DNA from: Elusimicrobiota bacterium
GTDB taxonomy: Bacteria > Elusimicrobiota > Elusimicrobia > Elusimicrobiales > UBA9959
Reading direction: 5' to 3'
Length of the DNA stretch: 64,000 bases
NCBI GenBank assembly: GCA_003482905.1
Contig: DMXM01000034.1
Span: forward strand, 108,277-172,276
Shown: positions 42,533-53,513 of the stretch, piece by piece
Position numbering within the stretch: the stretch's first letter is position 1
Layout: every line of letters begins with the position of its first letter
Notes under the pieces: model-generated
The model's database searches: none
Told to the model about the DNA's origin: nothing
Seen by the model: the letters and a program-made list of their open reading frames with translations, nothing else
Translations under genes and position numbers: made by a program

Positions 42533-43318
42533 TTACCGGCGCGCGGGGCCCGCGGGCGGCCGCCAGGTTATAACGGCCTTGCGTAGCCGCGTCAGCTGGC
42601 GTACTTTCCCCCTCCGCGCGAGGCTTTTAATAAAAGATGCGGTCCATTCCTTCTTAAACCTGGCTCCGTTCACTTTCATGCTTACCGCTAGGTCCCTCAG
42701 GGTCTCCTCCACGGAGGTCGCCTTAGTCCAGCTGTCGTCGATGTAAACCGCCTTCGGCCGCCGCCCCAGGGCCCGCAGGAGCTTGAGCGTGTTCCCGGCC
42801 CCCCGCGGGGCGCCGTATTCCAGGCCGTGGGCAGCGTATACTTTTTCCAGCAGGGCGTTGCGGCGTACCCCGGCCCAGCCGATATAGACGCATAGTTCCC
42901 TGGCGGCGCGCTCCATCTTTAACAGGTCGGCACTGGTCTTTATCGCCATGGTCATGGAGGCCAGGGCTATGTCGAATTTCCCCTTCACCTTCGCTTCGGG
43001 GACGTCGGCCCAGGCGGCCTTGAGGCAGGCGGCGTTCCCGATGCCGCGCCGGCGGCGTTCGGCCCTGAATATTTTCAGCATCGCGGGGGAGGAATCTATC
43101 CCCAGGACCTGTCCGGCCTTTGCCGCCAGGTTGAGGGCGTAGGCTCCGGCGCCGCAGCCTATATCCAGGACGGCCTTTCCTCTGAAGTCCGCCCCGATAT
43201 CGTCGAGGATGCGGAGGATGCGGCGGGTTTTGGCTATGGTCCTGGAGGCAAAGGGCGACGGATAGCCGCGCGCCTTGTTACTCCAAAAAATCATTTCGTT
43301 AGCCCGGGTGTTTTTCAT
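42533..43318 (-). CDS. Class I SAM-dependent methyltransferase
   Basis: Motif I is VLDIGCGAGAYALNLA. 261 aa. Confidence 0.75.
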   Translation of the reverse strand: MKNTRANEMIFWSNKARGYPSPFASRTIAKTRRILRILDDIGADFRGKAVLDIGCGAGAYALNLAAKAGQVLGIDSSPAMLKIFRAERRRRGIGNAACLKAAWADVPEAKVKGKFDIALASMTMAIKTSADLLKMERAARELCVYIGWAGVRRNALLEKVYAAHGLEYGAPRGAGNTLKLLRALGRRPKAVYIDDSWTKATSVEETLRDLAVSMKVNGARFKKEWTASFIKSLARRGKVRQLTRLRKAVITWRPPAGPARR

Positions 43319-43402
43319 CAGTTTGAGCCTCGGCTTGCCGATCGTCTATATTCTAATATAATTGGAACTTTTTACCGGTATTAATTTGTTAAAATTGACC
43401 TA

Positions 43403-43639
43403 ATGAGATTCCGAGACATCCTTTTTTTAGGGCTCCCGTCAATAGTTCTGTGGGTGGCCGGCATCTTCGTGCTGGGGATCTTCCTTATAAAGTGGTTCTG
43501 GATGTGGACCATCCCCGGATTGTTCCCGGGCGCGGTGGCGGCGGGCCTGGTGGCGGCCAAGATCTCCTGGTGGACGGCGCTGAAGCTTTCTGTGCTGGTG
43601 GCTTTGCTCGCGGCCATAACCAATATCTCCAAACGTTAA
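43403..43639 (+). CDS. Small membrane protein (2-3 TM), unknown function
   Basis: 78 aa and strongly hydrophobic (ILFLGLPSIVLWVAGIFVLGIFLI.., ..LSVLVALLAAI), upstream of the sugar ABC operon. Confidence 0.45.
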   Translation: MRFRDILFLGLPSIVLWVAGIFVLGIFLIKWFWMWTIPGLFPGAVAAGLVAAKISWWTALKLSVLVALLAAITNISKR

Positions 43640-43656
43640 GTCATTAAGGGGCAGGG

Positions 43657-44874
43657 GTGAAGACCAAACTTCTGATTTTAGCGGCGGCAGCGGCGATCTC
43701 CGCCTGCTCCCGCCCCGTCGCCGATACCTCAAATACCATCGTAGTCTGGGAGCAGGAAGACGCCCAGGTCGCGCCCTATATCGACTCCGTTTTCGAAGCC
43801 TTCAGAAAACTGCCGGGGAACGCGGGCCTCGAGATAGTCCGCACTCATTACCAGACCGAAGACCTGCGCTCCCAGTTCCAGGCCGCGTCCCTGGCCGGCG
43901 TCCCCCCCGATCTCCTGCTGGGCCCCTCCGATACCGCCGGTCTTTACGCGGTTTCCGGTTTTATCATGCCGTTGGACGGGCAATTCGACTTTTCACGCTT
44001 TAATAAACCCGTAGTAGAGGCTATAACCCTGGACGGACACGCCTGGGGCGTGCCGGTCTCCAACGGCAACCACCTGATGATGTTCTACAACAAGAAGTTC
44101 GTGAAAGCCCCTCCCATGACCACAGACGAGCTTTTCGCTTTCTGCGACGGGCCCGCAAAGCGGCTTAAACTGGACCGGTGCATGGCTTTCGACATGGGCG
44201 AACCTTTCTGGCTGATGCCCTGGCTGGGCGCGTTCGGCGGCTGGCCGATGGACGGCAAGAAACCCACGCTGGATACGCAGGCCATGCGTGACACGGTGAA
44301 TTTCTACCTGGACCTGAAGTATGAGCGTAAGTACGTTCCGATGGAATGCGATTATAACTGCATGGATTCCATGTTCAAAGAAGGTAAAGCCGCTTTCATC
44401 ATAAACGGGGACTGGGCGATCTCCCTGTACCAGAAGCACTTTAAAAACGACTTCGGTGTCTGCCTAATTCCCAGGCTCTCTAAAACAGGACGTTATCCCT
44501 CGCCCATGGTGAGCGGCAAATATTTCATGGTCAGCGCCGGGGCCAAACCAGAAAAACTGGCTTTGCTCAAACGCCTGCTTGAATTCTATACCTCCAAAGA
44601 GAACCAGGTGAAGCAGTACCAGGTCCTCACCAGGCTGCCAGCCCTGAAGGCCGCGGGCGCCGCCCCCGAAATAACCTCGGACGAGGTCTCCCGTATCTCC
44701 CTGGACCAGATCCTGAAAGGCCGGCCCATGCCGATGGCCACCGAAATGCGCGCGGTCTGGGATTCGGCCCGCAATTACCTGGGCCTGGCCACGGCGCGCA
44801 AGCTGGACGTGGATACCGCCGCGCGCAAAATGCAGGAGAACGCAGTAAATAAAATAACGGAGATGAACCAGTAA
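43657..44874 (+). CDS. Sugar ABC transporter substrate-binding lipoprotein (family 1 SBP)
   Basis: GTG start. Lipobox in LILAAAAAISAC. Maltose/oligosaccharide-type SBP features (..GDWAISLY.., ..YPSPMVSGKYFMV..). Confidence 0.85.
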   Translation: MKTKLLILAAAAAISACSRPVADTSNTIVVWEQEDAQVAPYIDSVFEAFRKLPGNAGLEIVRTHYQTEDLRSQFQAASLAGVPPDLLLGPSDTAGLYAVSGFIMPLDGQFDFSRFNKPVVEAITLDGHAWGVPVSNGNHLMMFYNKKFVKAPPMTTDELFAFCDGPAKRLKLDRCMAFDMGEPFWLMPWLGAFGGWPMDGKKPTLDTQAMRDTVNFYLDLKYERKYVPMECDYNCMDSMFKEGKAAFIINGDWAISLYQKHFKNDFGVCLIPRLSKTGRYPSPMVSGKYFMVSAGAKPEKLALLKRLLEFYTSKENQVKQYQVLTRLPALKAAGAAPEITSDEVSRISLDQILKGRPMPMATEMRAVWDSARNYLGLATARKLDVDTAARKMQENAVNKITEMNQ

Positions 44875-44884
44875 CCTCCGCATC

Positions 44885-46072
44885 ATGGATATATTCAAGT
44901 CTATATACGAAGTAGCCTGGTTCATCCTCCTGGTCGCCGCGGGCGTGGCCGCGCTGGAAGGCTATTTTTATTCGCATTTCAGGTTCTATGCCCGGAACTG
45001 GTTCTTCCCCGCGGCCCTGGCGGTTTTCCCGGCGCTGGCCCTGGCGGTCTTTGGCGCTTTACTGGGCGGTAGTACTTTCAAACTCTGGCTTTATTTCCTG
45101 CTGGCCGAGGCCGTGATAGCCGCTTTCTTCCGCTACGCGGTGAAAGGCCGCCATACCGTCCCCTACCTCCTGCTCGCCCCCGCTTTCGTGGGCCTGGCGC
45201 TGCTGCTGGTGTATCCTTTCGTGTTCGAGGTGTACCTCTCCTTCCACGACCTGAAGCTCACCACCATCATGATGTGGAAGAACACCGGCACGCTCCCCTT
45301 CGTCGGGCTCGGCCAGTATGTCAAGGTCTTCACCACCTCCCCCCTTTCCGAGATCACCTTCTGGGCGCTGCTGGGGCGCACGCTGGTGTGGACCTTCTCC
45401 AACGTTTTCTTCCACGTCCTGGGCGGTTTTGTCCTGGCCCTGATGCTCAATAACCAGATACGCTTCAAGGGCTTTTACCGCACCCTGCTGGTGATCCCCT
45501 GGGCCATGCCCCAGGTGGTGGCGGTGCTGGCCATGCGCGGGGAATTCCATTCCACCAACGGTTTCGTCAATATCGGCATTGCAAAGCTGGTGGCGGCTTT
45601 CCCTTTCCTTGCGGGCCTGGGCGTCGCCCCTGTGCAGTGGCTGACCGATTATCCGCTGCTCACCTGCACCCTGATCAACATCTGGCTGGGCATCCCTTTT
45701 ATGATGGTGGTGATCCTCGGCGGCCTCCAGTCCATTTCCAGCTCTTATTACGACGCGGCCGATATCGACGGCGCTTCTTACTTCCAGAAACTGCGCTTCA
45801 TAACGCTGCCGCTGGTGCGCCCGGTAATGATGCCCGCGGTCACCCTGGGCACGGTCTGGACCTTTAACAATATAAACGTCATCTACCTCGTTACCGGCCA
45901 GGCCGGCGGCACGGAGCAGGCGGATATCCTGGTGTCCGCGCTGTACAAGGCGGCGTTCACTTATAACCGCTACAGCTATTCGGCGGCTTTCGCCATAGTG
46001 GTGTTCGCCATGCTGTTCTTCTTCTCGGTCTTTTACCTTAAGAGCTTCGACGCCGCCAGGGACGAGAGATAA
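44885..46072 (+). CDS. Sugar ABC transporter permease (MalF-like)
   Basis: 395 aa with an EAA-loop region ..YDAADIDGASYFQKLRFITLPLVRP... Confidence 0.88.
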   Translation: MDIFKSIYEVAWFILLVAAGVAALEGYFYSHFRFYARNWFFPAALAVFPALALAVFGALLGGSTFKLWLYFLLAEAVIAAFFRYAVKGRHTVPYLLLAPAFVGLALLLVYPFVFEVYLSFHDLKLTTIMMWKNTGTLPFVGLGQYVKVFTTSPLSEITFWALLGRTLVWTFSNVFFHVLGGFVLALMLNNQIRFKGFYRTLLVIPWAMPQVVAVLAMRGEFHSTNGFVNIGIAKLVAAFPFLAGLGVAPVQWLTDYPLLTCTLINIWLGIPFMMVVILGGLQSISSSYYDAADIDGASYFQKLRFITLPLVRPVMMPAVTLGTVWTFNNINVIYLVTGQAGGTEQADILVSALYKAAFTYNRYSYSAAFAIVVFAMLFFFSVFYLKSFDAARDER

Positions 46073-46073
46073 T

Positions 46074-46928
46074 ATGAAGACCAAAATGTCGGCGGCCGCC
46101 AAAAGAAAGCGCCTTAACCACCTGCTCATACACGCCGGGCTGATCCTGTTCGCCGCCGCCTGCGTTTACCCGCTGCTCAGGATCTTCTCCGTTTCATTGC
46201 GCCCCGGGGACAGGCTGGTCTCGGCCGACCTGGCCCTCATCCCGGCCGGGGCCACATTGGTATCGTACGCGCGGCTGCTGGGCGATACCATGTTCCTGCG
46301 CTGGCTGTGGAATTCCCTGATCATAACGCTGGCCACCTCGTTCATAGGCGTGTCGCTGGCTTCCACGGCGGCCTACGCCTTTTCCCGCTTCCGTTTCCCC
46401 GGCAAGAAGGCCGGGATGATACTCCTCCTGTCGAGCCAGATGATCCCCGCCGGCATGCTGATACTGCCCCTGTTCCTGATGATCATGAAGCTGAAATTGA
46501 TGAACACCTACCTGGGCATGATCATCGCCTATTCCGTTTCCTCGCTGCCGTTCAGTATCTGGATACTTAAAGGCTACTACGATACCATCCCGCGCTCACT
46601 GGAGGAGGCGGCGCTGGTGGACGGTACCAGCCAGGTGGGCGCCTTCTGGCGCATCATACTGCCGTTGTCCACCCCGGCGCTCAGTATAGCCTTCCTCTTC
46701 AATTTTACCACCGCCTGGAACGAGTACCTGGTGGCCCGCGTGGTGTTGTTCAGCGCCCAACAGTACACCTGGACGCTCGGCCTGTTCGAGCTGCAGGGGC
46801 AGTACATCACGCAATGGGGCATGTTCGCCGCCGGCTCCATGCTGGTGACCATTCCCGTCTTGTGCGTGTTCCTGTATTCCTCCAAGTGGCTTATTTCCGG
46901 CCTCACCCTAGGCAGCGTGAAAGGATAA
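46074..46928 (+). CDS. Sugar ABC transporter permease (MalG-like)
   Basis: 284 aa with the EAA loop ..[28 protein letters not shown]... Confidence 0.88.
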   Translation: MKTKMSAAAKRKRLNHLLIHAGLILFAAACVYPLLRIFSVSLRPGDRLVSADLALIPAGATLVSYARLLGDTMFLRWLWNSLIITLATSFIGVSLASTAAYAFSRFRFPGKKAGMILLLSSQMIPAGMLILPLFLMIMKLKLMNTYLGMIIAYSVSSLPFSIWILKGYYDTIPRSLEEAALVDGTSQVGAFWRIILPLSTPALSIAFLFNFTTAWNEYLVARVVLFSAQQYTWTLGLFELQGQYITQWGMFAAGSMLVTIPVLCVFLYSSKWLISGLTLGSVKG

Positions 46929-46936
46929 TATCGAAT

Positions 46937-48037
46937 ATGGCAACGGTTAAATTCAAAGGCATCGTCAAGAAATTCGGGGACAACCTGGTGCTCAACGGAG
47001 TGGACGTGGACATAAAGGACCACGAGTTCGTGGTCATCGTAGGCCCCTCCGGCTGCGGCAAGACCACGTTGCTCAGGATGCTTGCCGGGCTGGAGGAAGT
47101 GACCGACGGCGAGATCCACATTGACGACCTGCTGGTGAACGAACTGCACCCCTCCAAGCGCGAAATAGCCATGGTATTCCAGGACTACGCGCTGTATCCC
47201 CACATGACGGTGGAAGAGAACATGAACTTCGCCCTGCGCCTGCGCAAGATGGACAAGGCGGAGATCGCGGCGCGCGTGGACGAGGCCGCGAACATCCTTC
47301 AGCTGGGCAAATTCCTCAAACGCATGCCCAAGCAGCTTTCAGGAGGCCAGCGCCAGCGCGTGGCCATAGGCCGCGCCATAGTGCGCAAGCCCAAGGTGTT
47401 CCTGTTCGACGAGCCGCTCTCCAACCTGGACGCGAAGCTGCGCGAGGAGATGCGCGTGGAGATAGCCAAGCTTTACCAGCGCCTGAACGCCACCATTATC
47501 TACGTAACGCACGACCAGGTGGAAGCCATGACCCTGGCGGGCCGCATAGTCATAATGAACCACGGCATAGTGCAGCAGGTGGGGTCCCCCATAGAGGTAT
47601 ACCGCAAGCCCGTCAATTTGTTCGTGGCCGGTTTTATCGGCAGCCCCACCATGAATTTCCTGTCCGGCCGGCTTTCCATCGCCGACGGCGTCACGGTGTT
47701 CTCCAACGAGTCAATCACGCTGCCCATCCCCGCTTATGTTCTCCCCCAGAAGGAGGCGCCGGCCGGCCGCGAGGTGGTCCTGGGCATAAGGCCAGACGAC
47801 GTGCTGGTGGAGCGCCCCGGCGGAGACAAGTGCTCCGGCAGGATAGAGGGCGTGCTTGAGGTGTGCGAGCTGCTGGGGCACCGCGAGAATCTTTACCTTA
47901 AAGTGGGCGGCGTGCGCCTGCTGGCCACGGTGGAGGCCTTCTTTAACCGCAGCCCGGGCAGCGCGGTCAGCCTGTGCCTCAATTACCAGAACATGCACGT
48001 GTTCGACAAGGCCACGGAGCGGCGCATAAGCGAATAG
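46937..48037 (+). CDS. Sugar ABC transporter ATP-binding protein (MalK/UgpC type)
   Basis: Trimmed to the ATG at 46937 ([14 protein letters not shown]..). Contains [23 protein letters not shown] and [10 protein letters not shown], plus a C-terminal regulatory domain. Confidence 0.9.
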   Translation: MATVKFKGIVKKFGDNLVLNGVDVDIKDHEFVVIVGPSGCGKTTLLRMLAGLEEVTDGEIHIDDLLVNELHPSKREIAMVFQDYALYPHMTVEENMNFALRLRKMDKAEIAARVDEAANILQLGKFLKRMPKQLSGGQRQRVAIGRAIVRKPKVFLFDEPLSNLDAKLREEMRVEIAKLYQRLNATIIYVTHDQVEAMTLAGRIVIMNHGIVQQVGSPIEVYRKPVNLFVAGFIGSPTMNFLSGRLSIADGVTVFSNESITLPIPAYVLPQKEAPAGREVVLGIRPDDVLVERPGGDKCSGRIEGVLEVCELLGHRENLYLKVGGVRLLATVEAFFNRSPGSAVSLCLNYQNMHVFDKATERRISE

Positions 48038-48113
48038 GTCTTGTTGAGTCCCCCGGACAACTTTAAGTATAATTATCAGGTGAGATTTTAAGCGAATATA
48101 CGGAGGTACTAAC

Positions 48114-48296
48114 ATGAAAGCTATTGTAGACGCCAACTCCTGCATCGGCTGCGGTCTCTGCGCCAACGATTGCCCCGAGGTTTTCGAGATGAACGCCGAC
48201 AAGGCCGTAGTGAAGGGCCCCGTTCCGGCCGGCAAGGAAGATTCCTGCAAGACCGCCGCCGCCAACTGCCCCGTGCAGTGCATTAAAGTCGAATAA
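48114..48296 (+). CDS. Small single-cluster [4Fe-4S]/[3Fe-4S] ferredoxin
   Basis: 60 aa: CIGCGLCANDCP...CPVQCI. Confidence 0.85.
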   Translation: MKAIVDANSCIGCGLCANDCPEVFEMNADKAVVKGPVPAGKEDSCKTAAANCPVQCIKVE

Positions 48297-48390
48297 ACGG
48301 TTCACAAGCCGTCCGCACCGCGCGGACGCACAGGCCCGCCTGGGTTTCTAAAAAGGAATTCAGGCGGGCTTTTCTGTACAGGAAAACAAG

Positions 48391-49302
48391 ATGAAGGAAA
48401 TAATTAAGCTGGAAAGCCCCGAGGCGCGCAACGACGCCTGCGACTTTGCGGTCGATATCGGACTTTATTCCAATATCTTCCTGGCCCTGCTCAAGACGAT
48501 AGTCGGTATAGCGGGCCATAGCGCCGCGCTGCTCGCCGACGGCATAAATTCCACCTCGGATTTCATCTACTACGTGGCCGTTAAGATCTTTATGCGGCTC
48601 TCGCGCCAGCCCGCCGACGAAGAGCATCCGTACGGGCACGCGCAGTTCGAGACCATAGCGGCGTTGGTCGTGGGCGCCTTTATAATCACCACCGGAGTGG
48701 CCATTTTCTGGGAGTCCGCCGACCGCGGCTGGCATATCTATGCGGGCTCCGCGGAGGCCTCCGAAGTTTCTATCTACGCTCTTTGGACGGCTCTTTTCAC
48801 CATCGCGCTCAAGTTCGGCCTCGCGGTGAAAACACGCGGCATCGGCGCTATGACCGGCAACCCGGTCGTGTCGGCGCTGGCCAAGGACCACATCAACGAC
48901 ATTATGGCCTCCGCCTCGGCCGCCGCCGGCATAGCCCTGGCCCTGTCCGGCTATGCCTGGGTAGACCCGCTCGCCGGCGCCGTAGTGGCGCTGTTCATCC
49001 TTAAAACCGGCGTGGGGATACTGAAGGAGTCGGCCATGGAACTGATGGACACCGTGCCCGGCCAGGAACTGGACGCCCAGATACGCTCGGCGCTGACCGG
49101 TGTGGACGGGATAGTGGCGGTGGAGGAAGTCCGTGCGCACCGTTTCGGTCCGCATTATACCGTCAATTTAACCTTCTGCGTGGACGGCAGCCTTCCCGTA
49201 AAGCGGGGCGACCAGATCGCTACGCTCGCGGAGAGGACGATCTATGAAAAGTTCCACCATATCCGCAAGGTTTATACGCACTTTCACCCGCAGGAGAGGT
49301 AA
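48391..49302 (+). CDS. Cation diffusion facilitator family transporter
   Basis: 303 aa: ..HSAALLADGINSTSDFI.., ..PYGHAQFE.., a six-TM core and a C-terminal cytoplasmic domain. Confidence 0.85.
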   Translation: MKEIIKLESPEARNDACDFAVDIGLYSNIFLALLKTIVGIAGHSAALLADGINSTSDFIYYVAVKIFMRLSRQPADEEHPYGHAQFETIAALVVGAFIITTGVAIFWESADRGWHIYAGSAEASEVSIYALWTALFTIALKFGLAVKTRGIGAMTGNPVVSALAKDHINDIMASASAAAGIALALSGYAWVDPLAGAVVALFILKTGVGILKESAMELMDTVPGQELDAQIRSALTGVDGIVAVEEVRAHRFGPHYTVNLTFCVDGSLPVKRGDQIATLAERTIYEKFHHIRKVYTHFHPQER

Positions 49303-49336
49303 CGACGCCCTTCTTAGGGGCCGGTTGCCCGCGTAT

Positions 49337-49363
49337 TAAAAAGCCCGCTTAGCGGGCTTTTTA
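49337..49363. terminator. Bidirectional rho-independent terminator
   Basis: AAAAAGCCCGC-tta-GCGGGCTTTTT lies between the convergent CDF and MFS genes. Confidence 0.8.
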
Positions 49364-49377
49364 ATTCATAGGTGCGC

Positions 49378-50844
49378 TTACTCCTGGTCCCTTATCGGGA
49401 GCTTAAAGATCACCAGTATGCCAGGTATCGTCAGGACGCACACCGCCAGGAAGAAGTGCCGGTAGCCCACGGCCTGCTGCAGCAGGCCGCTGATCATGCC
49501 GGGCACCATCATGCCAAGCGCCATAATGCCGGTGGAGATGGCGAAATGCGCCGTTTTGTATTTACCCTTGCAGATCATCATCAGGTATACCGTGAAGGCG
49601 GTCAGGCCCAGGCCATAGCCGAACTGTTCGGCCGCCACCAGCAGCGGCACCGCTCCGAACGGTATGCTGCGGCCGAGCATTGTCACATAATCCAGGCCGG
49701 GCTGGGCGTAGGCCATGTAAAGGTAGAACACGTCGGGCACGTGCAGCGCCAGGACCATCGGCCACAGGCAGCGGCGGAAGCCGTACCTGGAGATGAACCA
49801 GCCGCCCAGCAGGCCGCCGACTATCAGGGCTATCATGCCTATGGTGCCGTAGATGATGCCGACCTCGGAAGTGGGTATGCCAAGGCCGCCGTTGCCCACC
49901 GCGTCCAGCAGGAAGGGCTGCGTGAGCTTGAGCAGCATGGCTTCCGCCAGGCGGTAGAAGAGTATAAAAGCCACAATGTAGCCTATGCCGTCCTGGGTGA
50001 AGTAAGAGACGAAAGCCGCGTTGAAAGAATTCCCTTCCTCCGCCATTTTGCGTTTCAGGCGCGGGAAAATATATACGCGGCAGGCGTAAAATAGCGCCGC
50101 GACGAGAACTGCCGCGGTGATGAGTTTCGCCGGGACGCCGTGGAGATTACTGAAGAGCCATATGACGGCCCCCGCGGCGGCCAAATAGCCGGCCAGCGGC
50201 AGGATCCCGGAAAACCTGAACTTAGCCTTGGGAACGTCCTCTGACGGGTAAGGCAGAATGAACCTGTGGTACGTGAAGAGGGTGAGGTAAACCGCGGCCG
50301 AAACCAGCAGCATCAGACTCCAGCTGCCGGGAACGTCCCCGGTGGTTTCCTGCATCTTGCCGGCCCGGTAAACCAGGAAACCGGTGCCGAAGATCATGGC
50401 GAAGCGGTAGAACATGGACCGGATGCCGACGAAGAAGGCCTGGTCCTCCTTGGTGAGCGCGAGCATGTAGAAGCCGTCCACGGCTATGTCGTGGGTGGCG
50501 GAAACGAAGGCGCCGGCCGCGAAGGCGAGCAGGGACACGGCGAAGAAATGCTGGCCGGTAAGCGAGAGGGCCGCGGCGCCAAGGCAGCAGGCCATGATCA
50601 GCTGGGTATAAACGGCCCAGCTCCTGCGCGTGCCGTACATATCCACCATGGGGCCCCAGAGCATTTTAATTACCCAGGGCAGGTAGAGCCAGCTGGTCCA
50701 GAAGGCCATCTCGGCGTTGGAGACGCCCATGTTCTTGTAGATGATGACGGAAACCGAGTTTATGAGGATGTAGGGGAGGCCCTCGGCGAAATAAGTGGTG
50801 GGGATGAAAAGCCAGGCATTGCGTTTTTCCGCTTTGGAAATCAT
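49378..50844 (-). CDS. ampG: MFS transporter, AmpG/PAT-family-like
   Basis: 488 aa with 12-14 TM. The N-terminus ..YFAEGLPYILINSVSVIIYKNMGVSNAEMAFWTSWLYLPWVIKMLWGPMVD resembles AmpG-type permeases. The symbol is tentative. Confidence 0.65.
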   Translation of the reverse strand: MISKAEKRNAWLFIPTTYFAEGLPYILINSVSVIIYKNMGVSNAEMAFWTSWLYLPWVIKMLWGPMVDMYGTRRSWAVYTQLIMACCLGAAALSLTGQHFFAVSLLAFAAGAFVSATHDIAVDGFYMLALTKEDQAFFVGIRSMFYRFAMIFGTGFLVYRAGKMQETTGDVPGSWSLMLLVSAAVYLTLFTYHRFILPYPSEDVPKAKFRFSGILPLAGYLAAAGAVIWLFSNLHGVPAKLITAAVLVAALFYACRVYIFPRLKRKMAEEGNSFNAAFVSYFTQDGIGYIVAFILFYRLAEAMLLKLTQPFLLDAVGNGGLGIPTSEVGIIYGTIGMIALIVGGLLGGWFISRYGFRRCLWPMVLALHVPDVFYLYMAYAQPGLDYVTMLGRSIPFGAVPLLVAAEQFGYGLGLTAFTVYLMMICKGKYKTAHFAISTGIMALGMMVPGMISGLLQQAVGYRHFFLAVCVLTIPGILVIFKLPIRDQE

Positions 50845-50946
50845 GTTCTCTCCTTAAGTGCGCTTACCTTTATAATATTAAATTAGCGCGCGTAAAAGAA
50901 GTTAGCCGCCGCGACGCGCGCGGACCGCATTTGCTAAAATTAATTC

Positions 50947-52602
50947 ATGGATTTCCTTACAGTGTTTTTCTCACCCCAATCCGTGGCCTGGTCCGTCTTC
51001 GTCGTGATGCTGGTGGCGGCCGGCGGCCTGGCCATAGGGAATATAAATATCTTCGGCATCAACCTCGGCATAGCCGGCGTGCTGTTCTCCGGCATTATAT
51101 TCGGCCACTTCGGCCTGGAGATAAACCACGAAACCCTGGAATTCCTGCGCGATTTCGGACTGATACTCTTTGTCTACTCCATAGGCACGCAGGTGGGGCC
51201 GGGTTTCTTTTCGTCTTTCCGCAAACAGGGCCTACAGCTCAATCTGCTGGCCGCCGGTGTGGTGCTGGGCGGCGTGGCCGCCACCCTGGCAGCGGCCAAG
51301 GTGGCGGGTTTCGACATAGCCACGGCCGTCGGCATGTACGCGGGCGCGGTAACCAATACCCCTTCCCTGGCCGCCGCCCAGCAGACCCTGGGCGCGGTAA
51401 GTTCCGAGGCGGCCAATAGCGCCTCGGTGGGCTACGCGCTGGCCTACCCCGGCGCCATCCTCGGGATAATCCTCACCATGGTACTGATACGCAGGCTCTT
51501 CAAAGCGCAGGCTGCGCAGGATATGCTGGCCGTTCACGCGGACAAGGCCGCTTCGGCCCTTATCAGCGCCAGCATAACGGTGGAGAACAAGAACCTCGAA
51601 GGTCTTAACATAAAGGATATCCCGGCCATCGGGGAATTGGGGGTGGTGGTCTCGCGGATCTACCACGGCGGACGGCTGGACGTAGCGCACGACGATACCG
51701 TTCTGCATGCCGGGGATATACTCCTGGCCGTGGGCCTCGCGGAGAATGTGAGGAAATTTACGCTGGTAGTCGGAACCAGGAGCGAAATGGACCTGAAGAA
51801 GCTCCCCAGCCAGATCATCCATTCGCGCGTCATCGTCACGCATAAGGAGGTCATCGGCAAGACCCTGGACGAGCTGGGTCTGGAGTCCCGTTACGACGTG
51901 GCGGCCACCCGCGTGGCCCGCGCCGACGTGGAATTCCTGGTGTCAGACTCTTACGTGCTGCAGTTCGCCGACAACCTGGTGATAGTCGGTTCGGAGGAGG
52001 CTGTCGCTAAGGCCGCCGCCATGCTGGGCAATTCCCCCAAGGACCTCAACCATCCCCAGCTCATACCGGCTTTTATAGGCATAGCGGCCGGGGTCCTGCT
52101 GGGCTCGATCCCCATCTCACTCCCCGGCCTGGGCGCCCCCATAAAACTAGGACTGGCCGGCGGCCCGCTGATAATGGCCATAGTCCTCAGCTACGTTCAG
52201 CATATAGGCCCGCTCAACTGGTACCTGCCCCCGGCCGGCAACCTGATGCTGCGCGAACTAGGCATAGTGCTGTTCCTCGCCTGCGTCGGCCTTAAGGCGG
52301 GCGGTAAGTTCTTCGAGACGCTTCTCGACGGCAACGGCATATATATCGTGCTGTTTTCCTTCCTGATAACGGTGCTGCCCATTATCTTCGTAGGTATCTT
52401 CGCCAAAGCGAAGCTGAAGCTCAACTATCTGTCGCTCTGCGGGGCGCTGGCCGGTTCCATGACCGACCCCCCCGCGCTGGCTTTCGCCAATGCCATGAGC
52501 CCGTCCAACCTGTCGGCAATGTCTTACGCAACGGTTTACCCGCTGGTGATGATACTGCGCGTTATCTCCGCGCAGGTAATGGTGCTCCTCTTCCTCAAAT
52601 GA
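50947..52602 (+). CDS. YidE/YbjL (AAE family) transporter with two central RCK-C/TrkA-C domains
   Basis: 551 aa: N- and C-terminal membrane halves flank two soluble repeats (..VENKNLEGLNIKDI..RIYHGGRL..GDILLAVG.. and ..THKEVIGKTLDELGL..). Confidence 0.8.
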   Translation: MDFLTVFFSPQSVAWSVFVVMLVAAGGLAIGNINIFGINLGIAGVLFSGIIFGHFGLEINHETLEFLRDFGLILFVYSIGTQVGPGFFSSFRKQGLQLNLLAAGVVLGGVAATLAAAKVAGFDIATAVGMYAGAVTNTPSLAAAQQTLGAVSSEAANSASVGYALAYPGAILGIILTMVLIRRLFKAQAAQDMLAVHADKAASALISASITVENKNLEGLNIKDIPAIGELGVVVSRIYHGGRLDVAHDDTVLHAGDILLAVGLAENVRKFTLVVGTRSEMDLKKLPSQIIHSRVIVTHKEVIGKTLDELGLESRYDVAATRVARADVEFLVSDSYVLQFADNLVIVGSEEAVAKAAAMLGNSPKDLNHPQLIPAFIGIAAGVLLGSIPISLPGLGAPIKLGLAGGPLIMAIVLSYVQHIGPLNWYLPPAGNLMLRELGIVLFLACVGLKAGGKFFETLLDGNGIYIVLFSFLITVLPIIFVGIFAKAKLKLNYLSLCGALAGSMTDPPALAFANAMSPSNLSAMSYATVYPLVMILRVISAQVMVLLFLK

Positions 52603-53510
52603 CCGCAATAATCGCCAACCTCGTCATCGTGCTTGCGGCCGGCTGGCTGTTCCGTAAATACGGCATTGTGGCTGAGGGCGCCGAGAAGGCATTTAACCAG
52701 TACCTGTATTACCTGGCCCTGCCGGCCCTTATCGTGCTGAAGATCGCCGATACCCCCCTCACGGGCCTCGGCTGGCGTTTCCTGGCCGCCAATACCCTGC
52801 CGCTAGCGGCCGTGATGGCCGTAGCCTGGACGCTCTGGAAAGCCGGCGCTATAGATTGGCGTTTTGCGCGCCTGCTGCTGATAGTATCCGTGCTGGGTAA
52901 CACCGTTTACCTGGGTTTCCCGGTGGCCGTAATGCGCCTGGGCGAGGAGGCCATCGGTTACGCCGCCATAGCCACCTCCATCCAGAATATTTTTATTTTC
53001 ACGTTCGGTTTCGTGCTGATGACGCTTATCTGCGAAGGGGGCTGCCCGCCTTCCCGCTTCCTGAGGCTTATCGGGCGCAACGTGGTGCTCTGGTCCTCCG
53101 TGGCGGGGCTGCTATTGGCCGCCTCCGGCCTGCGCCTGCCCGGCCTGCTGCACCGGGCGCTGTCCGACATCGGAAAAACCACGCTTCCGCTTTCGCTGTT
53201 CACCATCGGCATCAGTCTTTACGGCAAAAGAATAGCGCGGAACCTGCCGCGCATAGCGCTGGTCAGCGGCTTCAAGCTGCTGCTTATGCCGTTCTTTTAC
53301 ATCGTCACGGCGGGAGTTATGGGATTTACCGGCTTCGTCTCAAAAGTGACTTTTATCGAGACCGTAATGCCGGTGGCGGTCCTGAATTACATAATAGCCA
53401 TGGAACTGGATTTCGACCCCGACCTGGTGAGCCAGAGCATACTCTTTTCAACGCTGGCGTTCTTCCCTCTTCTTTATCTCTACGACTGGGCGATGAAAGC
53501 CTTTCTGTAG
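52599..53510 (+). CDS. AEC (auxin efflux carrier) family transporter
   Basis: 303 aa with about 10 TM. The start overlaps the upstream stop (ATGA). Confidence 0.75.
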   Translation: MTAIIANLVIVLAAGWLFRKYGIVAEGAEKAFNQYLYYLALPALIVLKIADTPLTGLGWRFLAANTLPLAAVMAVAWTLWKAGAIDWRFARLLLIVSVLGNTVYLGFPVAVMRLGEEAIGYAAIATSIQNIFIFTFGFVLMTLICEGGCPPSRFLRLIGRNVVLWSSVAGLLLAASGLRLPGLLHRALSDIGKTTLPLSLFTIGISLYGKRIARNLPRIALVSGFKLLLMPFFYIVTAGVMGFTGFVSKVTFIETVMPVAVLNYIIAMELDFDPDLVSQSILFSTLAFFPLLYLYDWAMKAFL

Positions 53511-53513
53511 AAC

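Noticed and set aside
50886-50921. Hairpin GCGCGCGT..ACGCGCGC in the 5' region of the YidE-like transporter gene as a possible riboswitch
   Set aside because: It is a single simple stem with an unstructured 20-nt loop and has no resemblance to any riboswitch class I know. It most likely reflects GC-rich sequence between divergent promoters.
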